Below are positions 1 through 12,300 of a stretch of DNA of 64,000 nucleotides, piece after piece (position 1 is the first letter of the stretch; every line of letters begins with the position of its first letter). The stretch lies in contig NC_134025.1 in NCBI RefSeq assembly GCF_964204645.1, positions 14,694,001-14,758,000 on the forward strand, given 5' to 3'. A program made the translations under genes and the position numbers. Below the pieces are notes generated by a model, which searched no databases, was not told where the DNA came from, and was given only the letters and a program-made list of their open reading frames with translations. Origin of the DNA: Tubulanus polymorphus (Eukaryota; Animalia; Nemertea).

Positions 1-301
1 ACCAGCCCAGACACGTAGGAAAATGATGGAGCCAGTACAACCCACAGAGGTTGAGGAAAATGACTCGGACTCTTGGAGCAGCCTTGATGACGATGTCACC
101 TGGGTGCGGGCACCGAATCCTCAAGTGGACAGGAGGGCACATCTTAGGGACAACCAGGAAGTTGTCCGAGACCAGGAGGGAGTAACAATCCCTCCACCAG
201 GAGAACCTCCGCTTGAGGCACCAAATGCAGATAAACCCCGCTGTAGGTTGCGACCTAGAGTGAACATCCGGCCTCCACAAAGGTATGGTGACTTCACCTG
301 A
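1..301 (+). CDS. C-terminal tail of retrotransposon pol/integrase (continues upstream of the window)
   Basis: Acidic/Pro-rich linker ending in RPRVNIRPPQRYGDFT*. The catalytic core is not in the window. Confidence 0.6.
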   Translation, partial: PAQTRRKMMEPVQPTEVEENDSDSWSSLDDDVTWVRAPNPQVDRRAHLRDNQEVVRDQEGVTIPPPGEPPLEAPNADKPRCRLRPRVNIRPPQRYGDFT

Positions 302-481
302 GTATGCCGCGTAGAACCCACTTGTGGCTGTCACGAGAGGTTCCTACGAATACGACGGATGAAAAGTGTATGGTTGGAAAGGGGGAGGAATTTGAGGGAG
401 GCAAGAGCAACACCATAGTATGGTTAACACTCTGAACCCCACAGATTCATGGTTTTCGTTTCCCTTTTTTTCATCTTTCAG

Positions 482-1307
482 ACCACTAACACCGTACCAT
501 AGGGATAGGATGGACGTCATACAGCTTGACAGAATGAATGTAGAGACTCTCGAGCTGAAACAACACCTGGTCAAGGACACTTGGAGTTTCATTCAGTCTC
601 TGCATTAAGCATTTATACTACCCCAGTCGTGTAGTGCTAGGGGCCATCATCTGCGGTGTAAAAGCGTACATTGCGTCAAGACATGGCTGTACCCTGTCGA
701 GACCCAGGTTCCGGCCTTTGTCAAGAGAACTAAAGTCAATGGTAACCGAATGTGGTGGGTCAGCTCAGGATCTCGACCCGAAGCTGACACGCTTCGAACG
801 GGTAGTTGACTGTACCATCGACCCATCCTGCTACTAAGTGATTCCATGTTCAAGGGCTGGAAGTCACCAGATGTATTCCTGATTGCCCATTCGGATGAGG
901 GTATTGGCGGTCTGATCCGGACCGTACAGCAGAGTCATGTTGCCTGTTCGGCGGTTGTGGTTATCCACGGTGTTAACGACATCCAGGATTATGAGGAGAC
1001 CACCGAGCACCTATACCAGTCATATGCCATGCTGGCCAAACGATATTCTGGTATTCCTCTTTTTCACTTGGAAATCCCGAGGTTGTCTCCTGGTATACGG
1101 AAAATCGGGGAACACATTCGTCGGTCGGACTGCATAAATGTCCACTCGGTAAGAGCAGGTTTCATCCAGATCAACCACCCTGATCTGGATGAAAACAACT
1201 TTGTGGGTATACACTACCGCAAGAAGGCGATGGAGATCGTAGGCGACCATGTAGTCAGGACAGTGAAGGCCCATTTAGATGGGACGTGGTACCCCCACCA
1301 CACCTAA
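482..1307 (+). pseudogene. Retrotransposon extra ORF encoding an SGNH/GDSL hydrolase-like domain, interrupted by two in-frame stops
   Basis: One frame runs 420-1307 with stops only at 606-608 (TAA) and 807-809 (TGA). Motifs: ILLLSDSMF (block I, Ser at 843-845), VVVIHGVNDI (block III GxND), FVGIHY (block V His). A strong acceptor tttttttcatctttcag ends at 481. Confidence 0.68.
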
Positions 1308-1949
1308 TTGGGGTCAATTTGGAATTGCATTGGTATGCACCGGACACCTGCCAATGGTACTCCGCTGCGTTCTGCTTGCTACCCAGTTGCCCTACCTGTT
1401 CGGACACCTAACAGTACCCTGTTGCGTTTTTCCTTCGCAACCAGCCTTACCCTGCTCATCTGCGAATGTTTTGTCCGCCGAGTGTTTTTGCTTTTTATCT
1501 TTTCAGGTTACCTAACCGGATATCCCCACATGGAGGGCTCCACACGCTCAAGTTAGGAAGTTACCGGACAGGGACCATCAAAACCGAAGTTGTTCAAGCG
1601 TTGCGATTGTAAATACCTGTAGATAGCTGGAGTAACGTGTAAATAGTGTGTAGTGGTTCGCAAAGATGGCCAACGCAGATTACAATACCTCTCGTGGTTG
1701 CATCCGTGGGAACACCTTTTAATGGTTGCCCGGGCTTTATCCGTTTGTCTCGCGTTTGTAACGACCCTGGTGAATTTTCGATAAGGATCAAGTAGGTGGT
1801 ACGTCGGTGGCCACGTTGAGAGGTCATCATTTACTACGGCAATGGAGGAACGGCATCCATTGCGAACAATTAAGCAGATCGTTTAAATTTATAAAACATA
1901 TTTTCCAGGAGTCGAGCCGCGGCCTCGACTCATTTTAGGGAGGGGGTGG

Positions 1950-2236
1950 TGTGGCGGACTAGGCTTAACCGAGTCTGTATCCCTTGTTAAGTTTAGTCCG
2001 TATCCGTATTTTTATGTAAACCTGTAAGACCAGAAGCCATCTCTTACAATCGTGTGGTAGAATAAAGAAGCCGTTGTTGTATTCTATTATTCATGTTTAT
2101 TGATGGAAATCGGTCCATGAAAGGAGACGTCCCATCCACTTTCGTAAATTGAGGCGACTGAAGAGATTCGTAACACAAATATTCATAGGCCCACGATACA
2201 AATAAATACCGTAACCTTCCGCGTCTAGGGCACACA
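1950..2236 (+). repeat. 3' LTR of the Gypsy-like element
   Basis: Starts TGTG right after the PPT and ends CACA. AATAAA occurs at 2061 and 2201. The right boundary is inferred because the 5' LTR is outside the window. Confidence 0.6.
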
Positions 2237-2479
2237 CCTGTATCAGTGTGAACTATTTTTTCCCAGAAGGGCCAATCACAACAGCGATGTCGATACGAGA
2301 TGTCAGTCCTTTTTCCGAAGGGATATGACAATCATCTTATGACATCAAAACACAATGTCAAACAGAATGAGCATTGTCAAAGAGCAATCTCATATCAAAT
2401 AACAGAAAAAAACTGGGAAAATGAACATCAAGTCGAACAACTAAAACACTGCAACCGGACCACAAAAATCCATACTATG

Positions 2480-3030
2480 TAATTTGTGTGAACTCCACAC
2501 ATTACATAAGTGAAATGTGTGAAAGGCACAAAAAACAGATGTGATCCAAGCCATCACACATGTGAACACCAGTGAAGTTCATTACTTGTTCCTTATTCCT
2601 TATTCCGTTACTTATTGAGAATTCATCTCCCAATAAGGAACAAGTAACATGTTACTTGTTCCTTGTTGTTACTTGTTCCTTATTCAGATTTTCGTCTTTA
2701 CCGGTTCAATTTGCGTTACTTATTGAAAATTCATCTCCCAATAAGGAACAAGTAACTTGTTACTTGTTCCTTATTGGGAGATGAATTCTCAATAAGTAAC
2801 GGAATAAGGAATAAGGAACAAGTAATGAACTTCACTGGGGTACATGTGATCTGTGTTGTGGCGCTCATCACATGTATGATTGTGAAATACATGTGTGATC
2901 GACATGTTATTTACACACATACAAGTTAATCATCACATGTGTGACCGCTGAGATCACACATGTTACATAATAACACATGTGATTAACATCAGTAAGTCCA
3001 ATCTGCAACATGTGTGATAGTATATGCCAA
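2480..3030. repeat. CACATGTG-rich dispersed repeat (copy 1), interrupted by a MITE
   Basis: Aligns by eye with 4385-4600 (actccacacattaca...aagtccaatctgcaacatgtgtgatagt). Confidence 0.75.
2570..2837. mobile_element. Foldback/hAT-like MITE with ~80-bp terminal inverted repeats
   Basis: CAGTGAAGTTCATTACTTGTTCCTTATTCC... at the left end and its reverse complement ...GGAATAAGGAACAAGTAATGAACTTCACTG at the right. It is absent from the paralogous host copy at ~4455. Flanks gtgaacac/gggtacat match 5/8. Confidence 0.85.
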
Positions 3031-4384
3031 TTAAGCTGTTTACTAATGATGGTATCACTTAAGGGTAGGCATTAGTTTCATTTTCAGGATATTGAATGAA
3101 TGAAGTTTATCATTTAACAAAGGGTTTTATATTGATCAGACAACAATAACACCTACACACAATAAACCCGTACTATTAACAATACATGATGATGAATGTA
3201 TTTTGCTTGATTAGATAGTTGTACACCAAATAAATCGATCAAAATCGATTCCCTTGTCATCCAAAATGGATGACAAACCTTTTTTTTAGATTATCGTATA
3301 AATCAACCCATGTTGAGGCTTAAATATGATGTTCTACACGTCTACAAAGTCTCAAATGGACATTTATCCATTGTTGTAGGAATCTCGTTTTAAGTAAATA
3401 TTATTTTAACATAAATTCTATGTTTCTTTTAATAAAAGAATTTTCTTTATCATCAGATTTCTAGTCATTGACTTGGTTTGAAAGATTGAAAGATTATTTG
3501 ATACCATCATCAGTAAACAGCCTTATTTCATTTATCAAGTTTGGTTTTTAAGGAGAATAGGTCGCTTCTTAATTTGTCCTTGAAAACTAGCTGAGCATGG
3601 TGAACATGCCCCGTTATCCTTAAAATGTAAAGACGACATCCCACACAAAAAATTATCTATTAATATAGATTCAATTATGAATCATTATTCATTTCAGAGG
3701 AACCATTTTCTATGACACACTGTATATGTCAAAGACAATAGGCCTCCCTCCTTCCATCATAAAACAACACATTAAGTAATTACAAAATTGGTTCAAAATT
3801 GTAGACTGTAGAGCGAGAACAAGCTCCAAAATGGCTGTTTTACACATCGAAATGACTGTGGCAGCCATCTTGGATGACCTATATATGTCAAAAATAATAG
3901 GGCTAATCTTCCTCACACCTATAACAAACATACCAAGTTACAAGAATCATCCAAAACCTTAAGCTTTTACAGCGTGATCAACATCTGCCTGGATGGACAG
4001 ACACCGGTAACAACAATACCCCTTGCATCCTTCGGTAAAATGTGTAAAGTCCCTTGGCTAAAGTCCCAAGTGGGCTAAAAACCTGGTAATTCTCTATATG
4101 ACCACTTGTTAATACATGCAAATCAATTACATCGAAACTCGCCACAATTACAGAACTCATCATGAGCTACAATGTAAAAGCAAAAGCTGGAAGTTCTTTC
4201 TCAGTGAATAACAGTGGTCCCTACTTTTGTGGAAGGAGATGTCAAAATCAATGGGCTACCATCTCATTAGAGGCCACACCATCCACAAGTAGGGGTGATC
4301 ATCACGTCAGGGATCGATCGCATCCTGCCAAAGCTCATGCCAGTACAAACCCCCATAGCAAAAATTCACGTCATGTTATTTGAG

Positions 4385-4640
4385 AGACTCCACACATTAC
4401 ACATGTGAAATGTGTGAAAGGCATGAAAAACAGATGTGATTCCAGCCAACATGTACACATGTGATCTTGTGGAGCACATCACACGTGTGATTGTGAAATA
4501 CTTGGTTGATTGACATATTATTCACACATGATATTGATCACATATCATAGAATAACATCAATAAGTCCAATCTGCAACATGTGTGATAGTACATGCGATC
4601 ACTTCGGACATGCATCTTCCCATGTTTGTTCCAAATTCTT
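4385..4640. repeat. CACATGTG-rich dispersed repeat (copy 2, without the MITE)
   Basis: Similar to 2480-3030. An inverted related segment lies at ~6950-7118. Confidence 0.7.
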
Positions 4641-4644
4641 AACA

Positions 4645-5010
4645 TCCGCATTTTCACAAAAATGGATATAGTGGGATTTGAACCCAATAACTTATAACGG
4701 TATTACATTATGTACAGAAATCAACATCTTCCTATTTGAAATTCTCAAGTATTTGGAGAAAGAAGGTGACTGATCTGAGCGCTCACTTCAAATCGGGGGC
4801 AAAAAGGAAACGATTTTGGTGACCCACCTCATCAAATCTTATATGATATGAAAGTCTTGACTATTTACTGAAAAAAAAAACACAAACTTGGAATACATGA
4901 AAATAAACAGCAAATGAGCTATTCAGTATCATGATAAACCTGGATTTTCCTTGTATTTTCTGAGGACACTACATTGACACTACATAGGGAAACTCCTGAG
5001 TGCTAATGGG
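4645..5010. mobile_element. Truncated piggyBac-like MITE (right part)
   Basis: Matches 23735-24136 and ends CCTGAGTGCTAATGGG followed by TTAA. Confidence 0.75.
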
Positions 5011-5267
5011 TTAATGATTGCTGTATTTAGCACCAAATGTTTAGAAATGTTTTACAGGTGAATGAATGAATGAATATATTTTCTCAAATTTTAATACATA
5101 ATGACATATATAATTAGTATACATGATTACTGATTCTATACATTCAAGCAGGACACCTCCAAGCCCTTAGGGATGTACCTAATTGGGGGGATGCTCTGTT
5201 CAGATGATAATATGATGCAATTAATGAGGATACAATGATAATAACAACGCTAATTGACATAAAAAAT

Positions 5268-5312
5268 GATAATAATAATAATAATGATGATAATAATAAT
5301 AATAATAATAAC
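5268..5312. repeat. (AAT)n microsatellite
   Basis: Direct reading of the sequence. Confidence 0.9.
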
Positions 5313-8162
5313 CAACCCGACTTCAAAGATACCGAGTGAAAACCTTTTTCTGAGATTCATATTGAAACAAATTTTATTTTTTATCTAAATTTTGATAAAA
5401 ACAGTCGGCTTTCTGTTGGGACCCACTCTCAAATCTCACTTAAAATTCAAAACCATAACTGACTGACTAACACAACATTTCGTACCATTATCTTAAGTCA
5501 TACTTATCATTTCAGATTATGTAAAAGCGCAAATCCCAAACGTCGAAAGGGTAGCATTTACAGGGCTATGAAGATGTTTAGGTTGTTTACTCGCTCTTAG
5601 AATCAAAACAGCAATCGATCGGTTAAAGGCAATATAGGGAATATGGCCACCTCACATGTCAGTTAATGGAGGCGTATTTACCCCAGAAGAGATAGCAGAT
5701 AAATTTTTGACAGAATTTGGAGCCGATATGGTTTGCTAGCTAAATCGGCTCCTAGACTCCAAGCGATTGTTAAATTACCCACTTAAAGTGGGTAATTTAA
5801 GTAATTTTTTTCAGGATATTTAGTCGGCTGTGTAATTTGTTCCAAATGCTGACGGTTCAAAAATGTTCCTATTTTCATCTTGGCACACTCAAAGCTCAGG
5901 GCCGGCGGAAGGTATAAACTATTGGTACGGCCATCCCCAACCATACCTAATAAGTAGAAACACTTTGGTTCGTCGCCGGCAATTAATAATTGCGCGGAAA
6001 ATTTTGAAAAATTGACTTACAATGCGCATTCTTGGAGCATTTCAGAATGTATTTATAGTCAATTTTTTTTCGTTTTCATCAAGCCCCATGCCGCGAAAAT
6101 TTTTCGAGGTCAAAATTTGCTGGTTCTATAGCCACATATCATGGCCGCCATCGGCATTGTGGCAATTTGTTGGGGAGATACTTGAAGGTGGTTAAAATTA
6201 GAAGGTTGCTACACTGGATTTAAAATCTTTAGACACAAAACCGGCTTTTTGATATCGTAATGAAACAATGTACAAGATCGGGACGATGTCATCAACGACG
6301 AAGATGGCACTGGGTGCAGCCTATGTTTACACAGAAAACTATGTTTACACAGAAAACATAAACAACATAGTTACCCTGTGGTCATCAGCGTGACAGGAAT
6401 TTTGTGACACAAATTTTGAAACATCATTGGCAAAATTATTGGTCCGGCCATGGCCGCACCGGTTCTGAAGCTGGCCAGTGCTGAGGGGGGGGGGGGGGTT
6501 CTGGGGAAGCGAAAAAACCCTCTAAAATTATCAAGTGTCCTCCAAAAAGTCAGTTTAAGAAAATTTAGGTCAAGATTTTCATGTTTTTTTTTAGAAAATG
6601 AAAAGTAAATCAATTCTGAAATGATTTATTCAGGTACCCTGGTGCATCATATTTAAAATAGCTGCCATTTTTCAATAAGAAAGTGCCCCTTTTATGGTGA
6701 AAAAATGCCCTTTTTCTTGGAATGGAACTGCTTCTCAAAAAAGCTCGGCGCTGCTGTAAATAAACCTAAAAACATATAAAATTTCTATATAACTGTACAA
6801 ACATGAATTATCATTACATTTGAGAGGAAGTTCTGACTCAAAATGTTGGATTGCCATCTCTCCTTCCAGGCAATGAGTTTTAGGAAAGTTATCGTTTATG
6901 AAGTAAGTAAGAGAAGAAATAGACAATTTTGACCCCTAAGGATATGTTTGACTGCAGATGACATGTGTGACAAAAGAATCACACATGTGATGATACATAC
7001 CTAAGGATCAATCATCATATGCATGATGTGTGTAAAAATAGGACATAATAACACATGTGATTTTAAAAGATCACACGTGCAATTATGTCCCATTTTTGCA
7101 CACATCACACATCGTGTAATATTTCAATAAGCTGGCCGCAATCCTCCAATGATCTATTGGTCATTGATCTACTTAGAGGCAACCTGTCCAACCAGAAATC
7201 TTGCGCGATGTAGACAAATGAAGGGTTTGTGTGAGCTTTTGCGAGAGGCAATGAAACCCTGGTAAGTGAGGATGCTAGGGGCCGGAGAGTCCACAAACCT
7301 GTGATGTATCACATTTTTGTTAAAAGTTGGGAAAGCATTTCATCCGACCGACAATATCTAGAGTGATATCAATGATCCTAGTCCTGTTAGCAAACTAAAC
7401 CTATGTGTTGAAACTACTATTTGCCTCACTCGTCGACAATACAGTAATACATAATATAAAAATACTTACATGTTAATGAGGTAATTTCCTAAATCGCTGA
7501 CATTGCAGGTGAATATCTTATGTGCCACATCTGCCAAACAGTTTCCAGCAAAAGATACCATTATCCATAAAAATAGTGTTTGCTTAGTTGGATCATATAA
7601 CTAGAATATATAAGACTGAAATGAATGGACGCAATTTACTTCATTGTGAGGACAGTAACCGTACACACTTACCAAAATAATTGCTTTCCATGCCATTGGA
7701 CATCCAATTAAGCCAGACAAAATCAATCTTTGAGACTTAGTTCTTACTTTCAAGCAATCAGTAATTGAAAGGAAACTTGCTATTAAACTTATTTGAAGAG
7801 ACCAATCAATTATTGATGACCTGTAATAAAGTGCATACTCGCGATAATTTCAATGAGACTATCAACATGCAAGAAGTATTTTTATATACAATCTGCATTC
7901 TAATAAGGAATTTCTGACCATTCGGCAGAAAATACTCTTGTTCTCAATATTATCATCATTATAACTAGGGTTTTCTGACTTCTATCAGAAACCCTCTTGT
8001 CATTCTGTTGATTATTATCATTAATTGTCCCCTTTCTATCTCCTCTCAGTTTCAACAACTAACAGCTTGTTAACAATTCAGAGAGAAACATATTATTCTG
8101 TCGCACCGTTTCATATTTGCGTATAGTAATGTATTTTGAATTAATGTTAGTCGTCAAAAAAA

Positions 8163-9100
8163 CAACAAGAGGCCCATGGGCCTTGAAGCATTGGTAGATT
8201 ATACTGTGGTAAGGTAGCTTTAAATATGCCAGAAAATGTTCTATGACGATGTTGATTGGGAGGACCACAACCTTAAGAATTGAATGAATTTCATTTTTCT
8301 GTCGAACGATTTAGCCTACGCTATTTGTATTGTTAAACCTCATTAATGCGATAAGACGAAGATTAAAGATTAAGACGAATGTTAAAGACGAAACTAGTTT
8401 ATTCTGATGTTTTCCATCATGTCCCAGCTAAGATATTTATATCAATCAAGGTTTGTATACAAAACCCATTTAATACAACAATTTTGGCACTTTCGCCTAC
8501 ACAAGATTTGTATTCAACGTACGACTGTAAGGGAAATCTCGACTTACTGTGGTTTTTCTTGCATGAACTGTTAGGCCCTATTGCTGAATAATGAAATCAA
8601 AAACAGAACGATTTTTCTGAATGCAAAATACTCTGATGCACAATAGGTAGATCAGATGGACAAACGTATGCATCAAAACGTCGCACAGAGAGCGATGCTG
8701 GCGTTGGCGTCACTGAGGCAGGGTGATGATTGCTTGCTTTTCTTTCTGTTTGTTTGCACCGTTCGGACATTGGTTTTTAACCCTATTGGATTGTTCATTT
8801 AACCTCACGACGGGAGAACCTTTGAAGTGTTGCCGGCACACTGTAGCAGCCAGCCAGCCAGCAGGACTCGAACTCAGCACTGGATGCGATATAGCATCAC
8901 GCCTTATCTCACTGATCTACCGAGGCTGCTCGTTTCAATTAAAAAAAACTGCTGTAGCGGCAAATAACCATTGCGATATTGCAATTTACGACAAACAACG
9001 TGTAAATTTAATCAATCACTGTTGTGGTGTTCAATGCTTGGAAAAGATAAAGAGTTATTTTTCCCAGCGCACATTACAAAGCGAATATATCTGCCGAGTT
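8163..9100. mobile_element. Dispersed repeat family B (possibly Helentron-like), copy 1
   Basis: Begins AACAAGAGGCCCATGGGCCTTG (palindrome). About 600 bp is similar to 37050-37640, and a related terminus is at ~25998. Confidence 0.7.
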
Positions 9101-9198
9101 TGGAAGGGGCAGCAACGGATCCAGGATTCCATGGAAAAAATCCAAATAGGGGCATCTGGGGGTCCTCCCCCTGAATTTTTTTTAAAATAGATGCACAG

Positions 9199-9309
9199 AG
9201 ACGCCCAGTTTCACAAAAAGGATTAAGGCCTAAATCGATTCGTGATAAACTGAATTAACGAAGAAATTAAATCGATTTAAGAGTTTAACCTTTTTGTGAA
9301 ACTGGGCCC
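9199..9309. mobile_element. ~110-bp MITE, nearly entirely an inverted repeat
   Basis: GCCCAGTTTCACAAAAAGG ... CCTTTTTGTGAAACTGGGC. Confidence 0.7.
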
Positions 9310-12300
9310 TAGGCACGATCAGAGTCCGGAACCAGTCCAGTCCATCTAAAACGACCAAACGCAATGAACACCGGCCAATGAAACGACATGAACGATGTAG
9401 GACTGCCGTAATAAAGCGCTGGATCCGCCGCTGAGGTAAGGATGATTTATCTTGGTTTAACTTGAAAATTGTTAACATTATCAATAATTTTGAACAATGG
9501 GATCCGTAAAAAAGATTCTTTCAGTGACTAATTTGTCTTACAGGTGGTTGTCTATCTGAATGATTTGAAGACGTTACCAATAACTGCTCCTGATGTGTTC
9601 ACAGCACCCGCTTCTGGGCAGCATTCATTTCGTAGGTCAGGGAAAAAGTTCAGAATCACGATTCCAAAGTTAAGGGTGGTATAAAAAGCTGTTGACAAGT
9701 AAGTTGATTGACAGGACGTCTATATAATTCAATGAAACCGATATTGTTGGCGACCTCTCCAGAACAATTCAATCAGAAAAATACTCTAAATAAATGAAAT
9801 TTTTGAAATTATATTCAACAGATGGATGAAGACTGCACATGTGCGGGATAAAATGAAAACTCACTTAAAAAGGTATTGGTATAGTAGAATTTCTAAATTC
9901 TTCAAATAGCAAGTTACAGATATTAAACCTATGGTAGTGTGACCTCTATAGAAAATGTTACACATTCAAAATTTTATTTTTTTAAATTTATGCTTATTTA
10001 TGCTAATTAGGTGGATTTTTATGCGCAATTAGAGGGGTTTACGAAAAACACTCTAAAATATAAACCAATTGATATATTGATATAATTCTTTCAGCATTTG
10101 GTTCATAACTAACATGGCTAATGCTTGTGCCTCTATCTAGTGTTTACACAAGTTATATTTTTCAAAAAATTATTTCAAAGTTGAAACTACACAATTTTTC
10201 AGAAATTTTCTACCTAATTATATATTCATAGAGGTGCCTAGCCTACCATAACATAGATATTAACTTTTCCAAGGCACACACTAGCTTTATGTATAGATAA
10301 CGTATTTTAAATTTCAAGGCTCTACCTCAAATACTTTTTTCAAAATCATGTTTTCAGTAATGTGCGTCAGCCGTAAATGAGGATTGCGAGAAAACACCAA
10401 TTTTTGAAATTTCTCAAGGAATTTGACTTAATTTATCTAAAATGCAACACTTTAGTAGGTTTACACCTATCAAATTGTTCATTTGAATGCTAGTTACCCT
10501 GCAGGTAGCTCCTGTGCCACCATATTGTGCAGATGTTGCCAAAATTTTCATCCTGATGCTGAATTTATTGCATTCACCCTTGGTGGCTGGCTATTTTTAG
10601 CAGGGGGGGTGGGCTGATAGGATTACCCGTAAACTTTTTTTCTTTTTCTCTGAATGTTTCTAACTTTCCTCATTGATAGATAACAGTTTAAAGTTAATCA
10701 TTTTACCACTTAAAAGCCCAATGAGGCATGCATTCACGAGACAAAAGCAAAATATGCTATGAAATTCTGTAAAGTCAAAATTCTGGAAAATTTCATGATT
10801 TTGATTTCTTTCAAAAAATGACACCCAACGACCTTCAGATCAATGTTTTGGGTTATAAAGTCTATTGTGAATCTATTGTAGATGGCAGCACTGCACGGGT
10901 ATAAATAGTATTGGTTAAACACCTCTAAAAGTAACTTAGAACACGTTGCTAAGGGCCGTTGCTAAGGGCTTTGAGATTGGAGGGGGCTTGTTTGACCCCC
11001 AAAAAAATGCCTTTGCCGTTATCTGACCACTCCAAAAATTTTGGAGGTCATTCTACCCATCTATAGTGTTCAATAACAGTACTTTTTAAAAAACTGAGAA
11101 ATTTAAGATTTTCAGCTGACTTTTTAAATACAAAATTCCTTAAGGTTTAAGTGTACCTAAGTATTTTATCTGATTTTATAGGAGCTATCACACCAAAATA
11201 TATCTCCAAAAGTTTGATAAATGCCCGACAAAATGGAAAGCATCAGTTGATGCAATTCGTTTCTGAGCGCCTGGTCGAATCGCCACCAAAGAAGCTAATT
11301 AAAGAGACATTAAAAAAGTCCGGATTGAAAACTTTCGTTGATATGGGGAAACCGCTGAAAAGTCATGGAAAATCTAAACATATCTAGGTATCAAATCACG
11401 AGATATTTAGTAGATTGCTTGTAATTGCGTCCGGACGGGATATCGACCTGAAACACATCTCAACCTATGAGCTCAGCAATGTACCGTTATCAATCGCTAA
11501 TGCTGATGGGACTTTAGTTTCAACAGCTAAAAGTAAATTTGTGCCAGCAATTACGAAGGACATGCCTCAGCCTCAACCTCCAACTGGACAATACTTTTGA
11601 TGCCTGTGACATTGATGGCATGGTATTACTTCATTCTATGAAAACAAAAAGTCTGAAAACAATCGGAAACTTAACGATTTGCCTGTTTGATTCGGTGAAA
11701 AACTATATTTGGTAAAGTAATGGCCTGCATCTGGTAATGGATAGATATAGTAACAACAGTATCATGGATGGCAGAAGTGACAAAGAAACCATTGAAGTCC
11801 TCACATCAAATACGCCTCTTCCTAAACAGTGGTCAAAGTTCATTGGATCAAATACGAACAAAACAAATTTGCTGAAATATCTATATAGTGAATTACCAGT
11901 AATTGGAGGAAAGAAACTACATCGCCATCAGAAATTAGTTTTGGGTGGGTTCATCGATAGCTCTGTATGTGTCATTACTAATGAGAGTCAAAGTTCTGCA
12001 TGAGAATACATTTGCTGTCACGAAGAGGTAGATTGCCGTATGATCTACCATATAAAATGTCTTGGTGAAAAAGGATATTCATCAATCCTTGTAAATACCC
12101 CTGATACTGATGTGTTTGTGCTTTTAGTGAATTTCTATCCGATTCTCAATGTAGAGAATATCTGGTTACAATTATGTACGACTATCAGTACGAACAGTTG
12201 TAATGGAACTTGTTGAGTTGGTAAAATACTTTTTACCACTTTATGCTTTAACGGGATGCGATAGCGTCTCGTCTTTCAGGTCATTAGGGAAGGTAAAAAC

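Larger units (their letters stand above)
1..2236 (+). mobile_element. 3' portion of a Ty3/Gypsy-like LTR retrotransposon (pol tail, extra ORF, PPT, 3' LTR)
   Basis: The first ORF ends in RLRPRVNIRPPQRYGDF, resembling the RxxR...PPxRY tail of Gypsy integrases. A purine-rich tract AGGGAGGGGGTGG (1937-1949) is directly followed by TGTGG, and a CACA end lies at ~2236. Confidence 0.72.

Noticed and set aside
3980-4383. Possible N-terminal exon of the Academ-like transposase (SKLATITELIMSYNVK)
   Set aside because: The resemblance is too weak to call without an alignment.
8723-9190. 155-aa ORF
   Set aside because: It lies in non-coding repeat sequence, has no recognisable domain, and is not preserved in the second family B copy.
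9669-9690. TTAA-GGGTGG as a Kolobok-type terminus
   Set aside because: Better explained as coding sequence (SKVKGGIK) in the Academ-like exon, and no matching opposite end was found.
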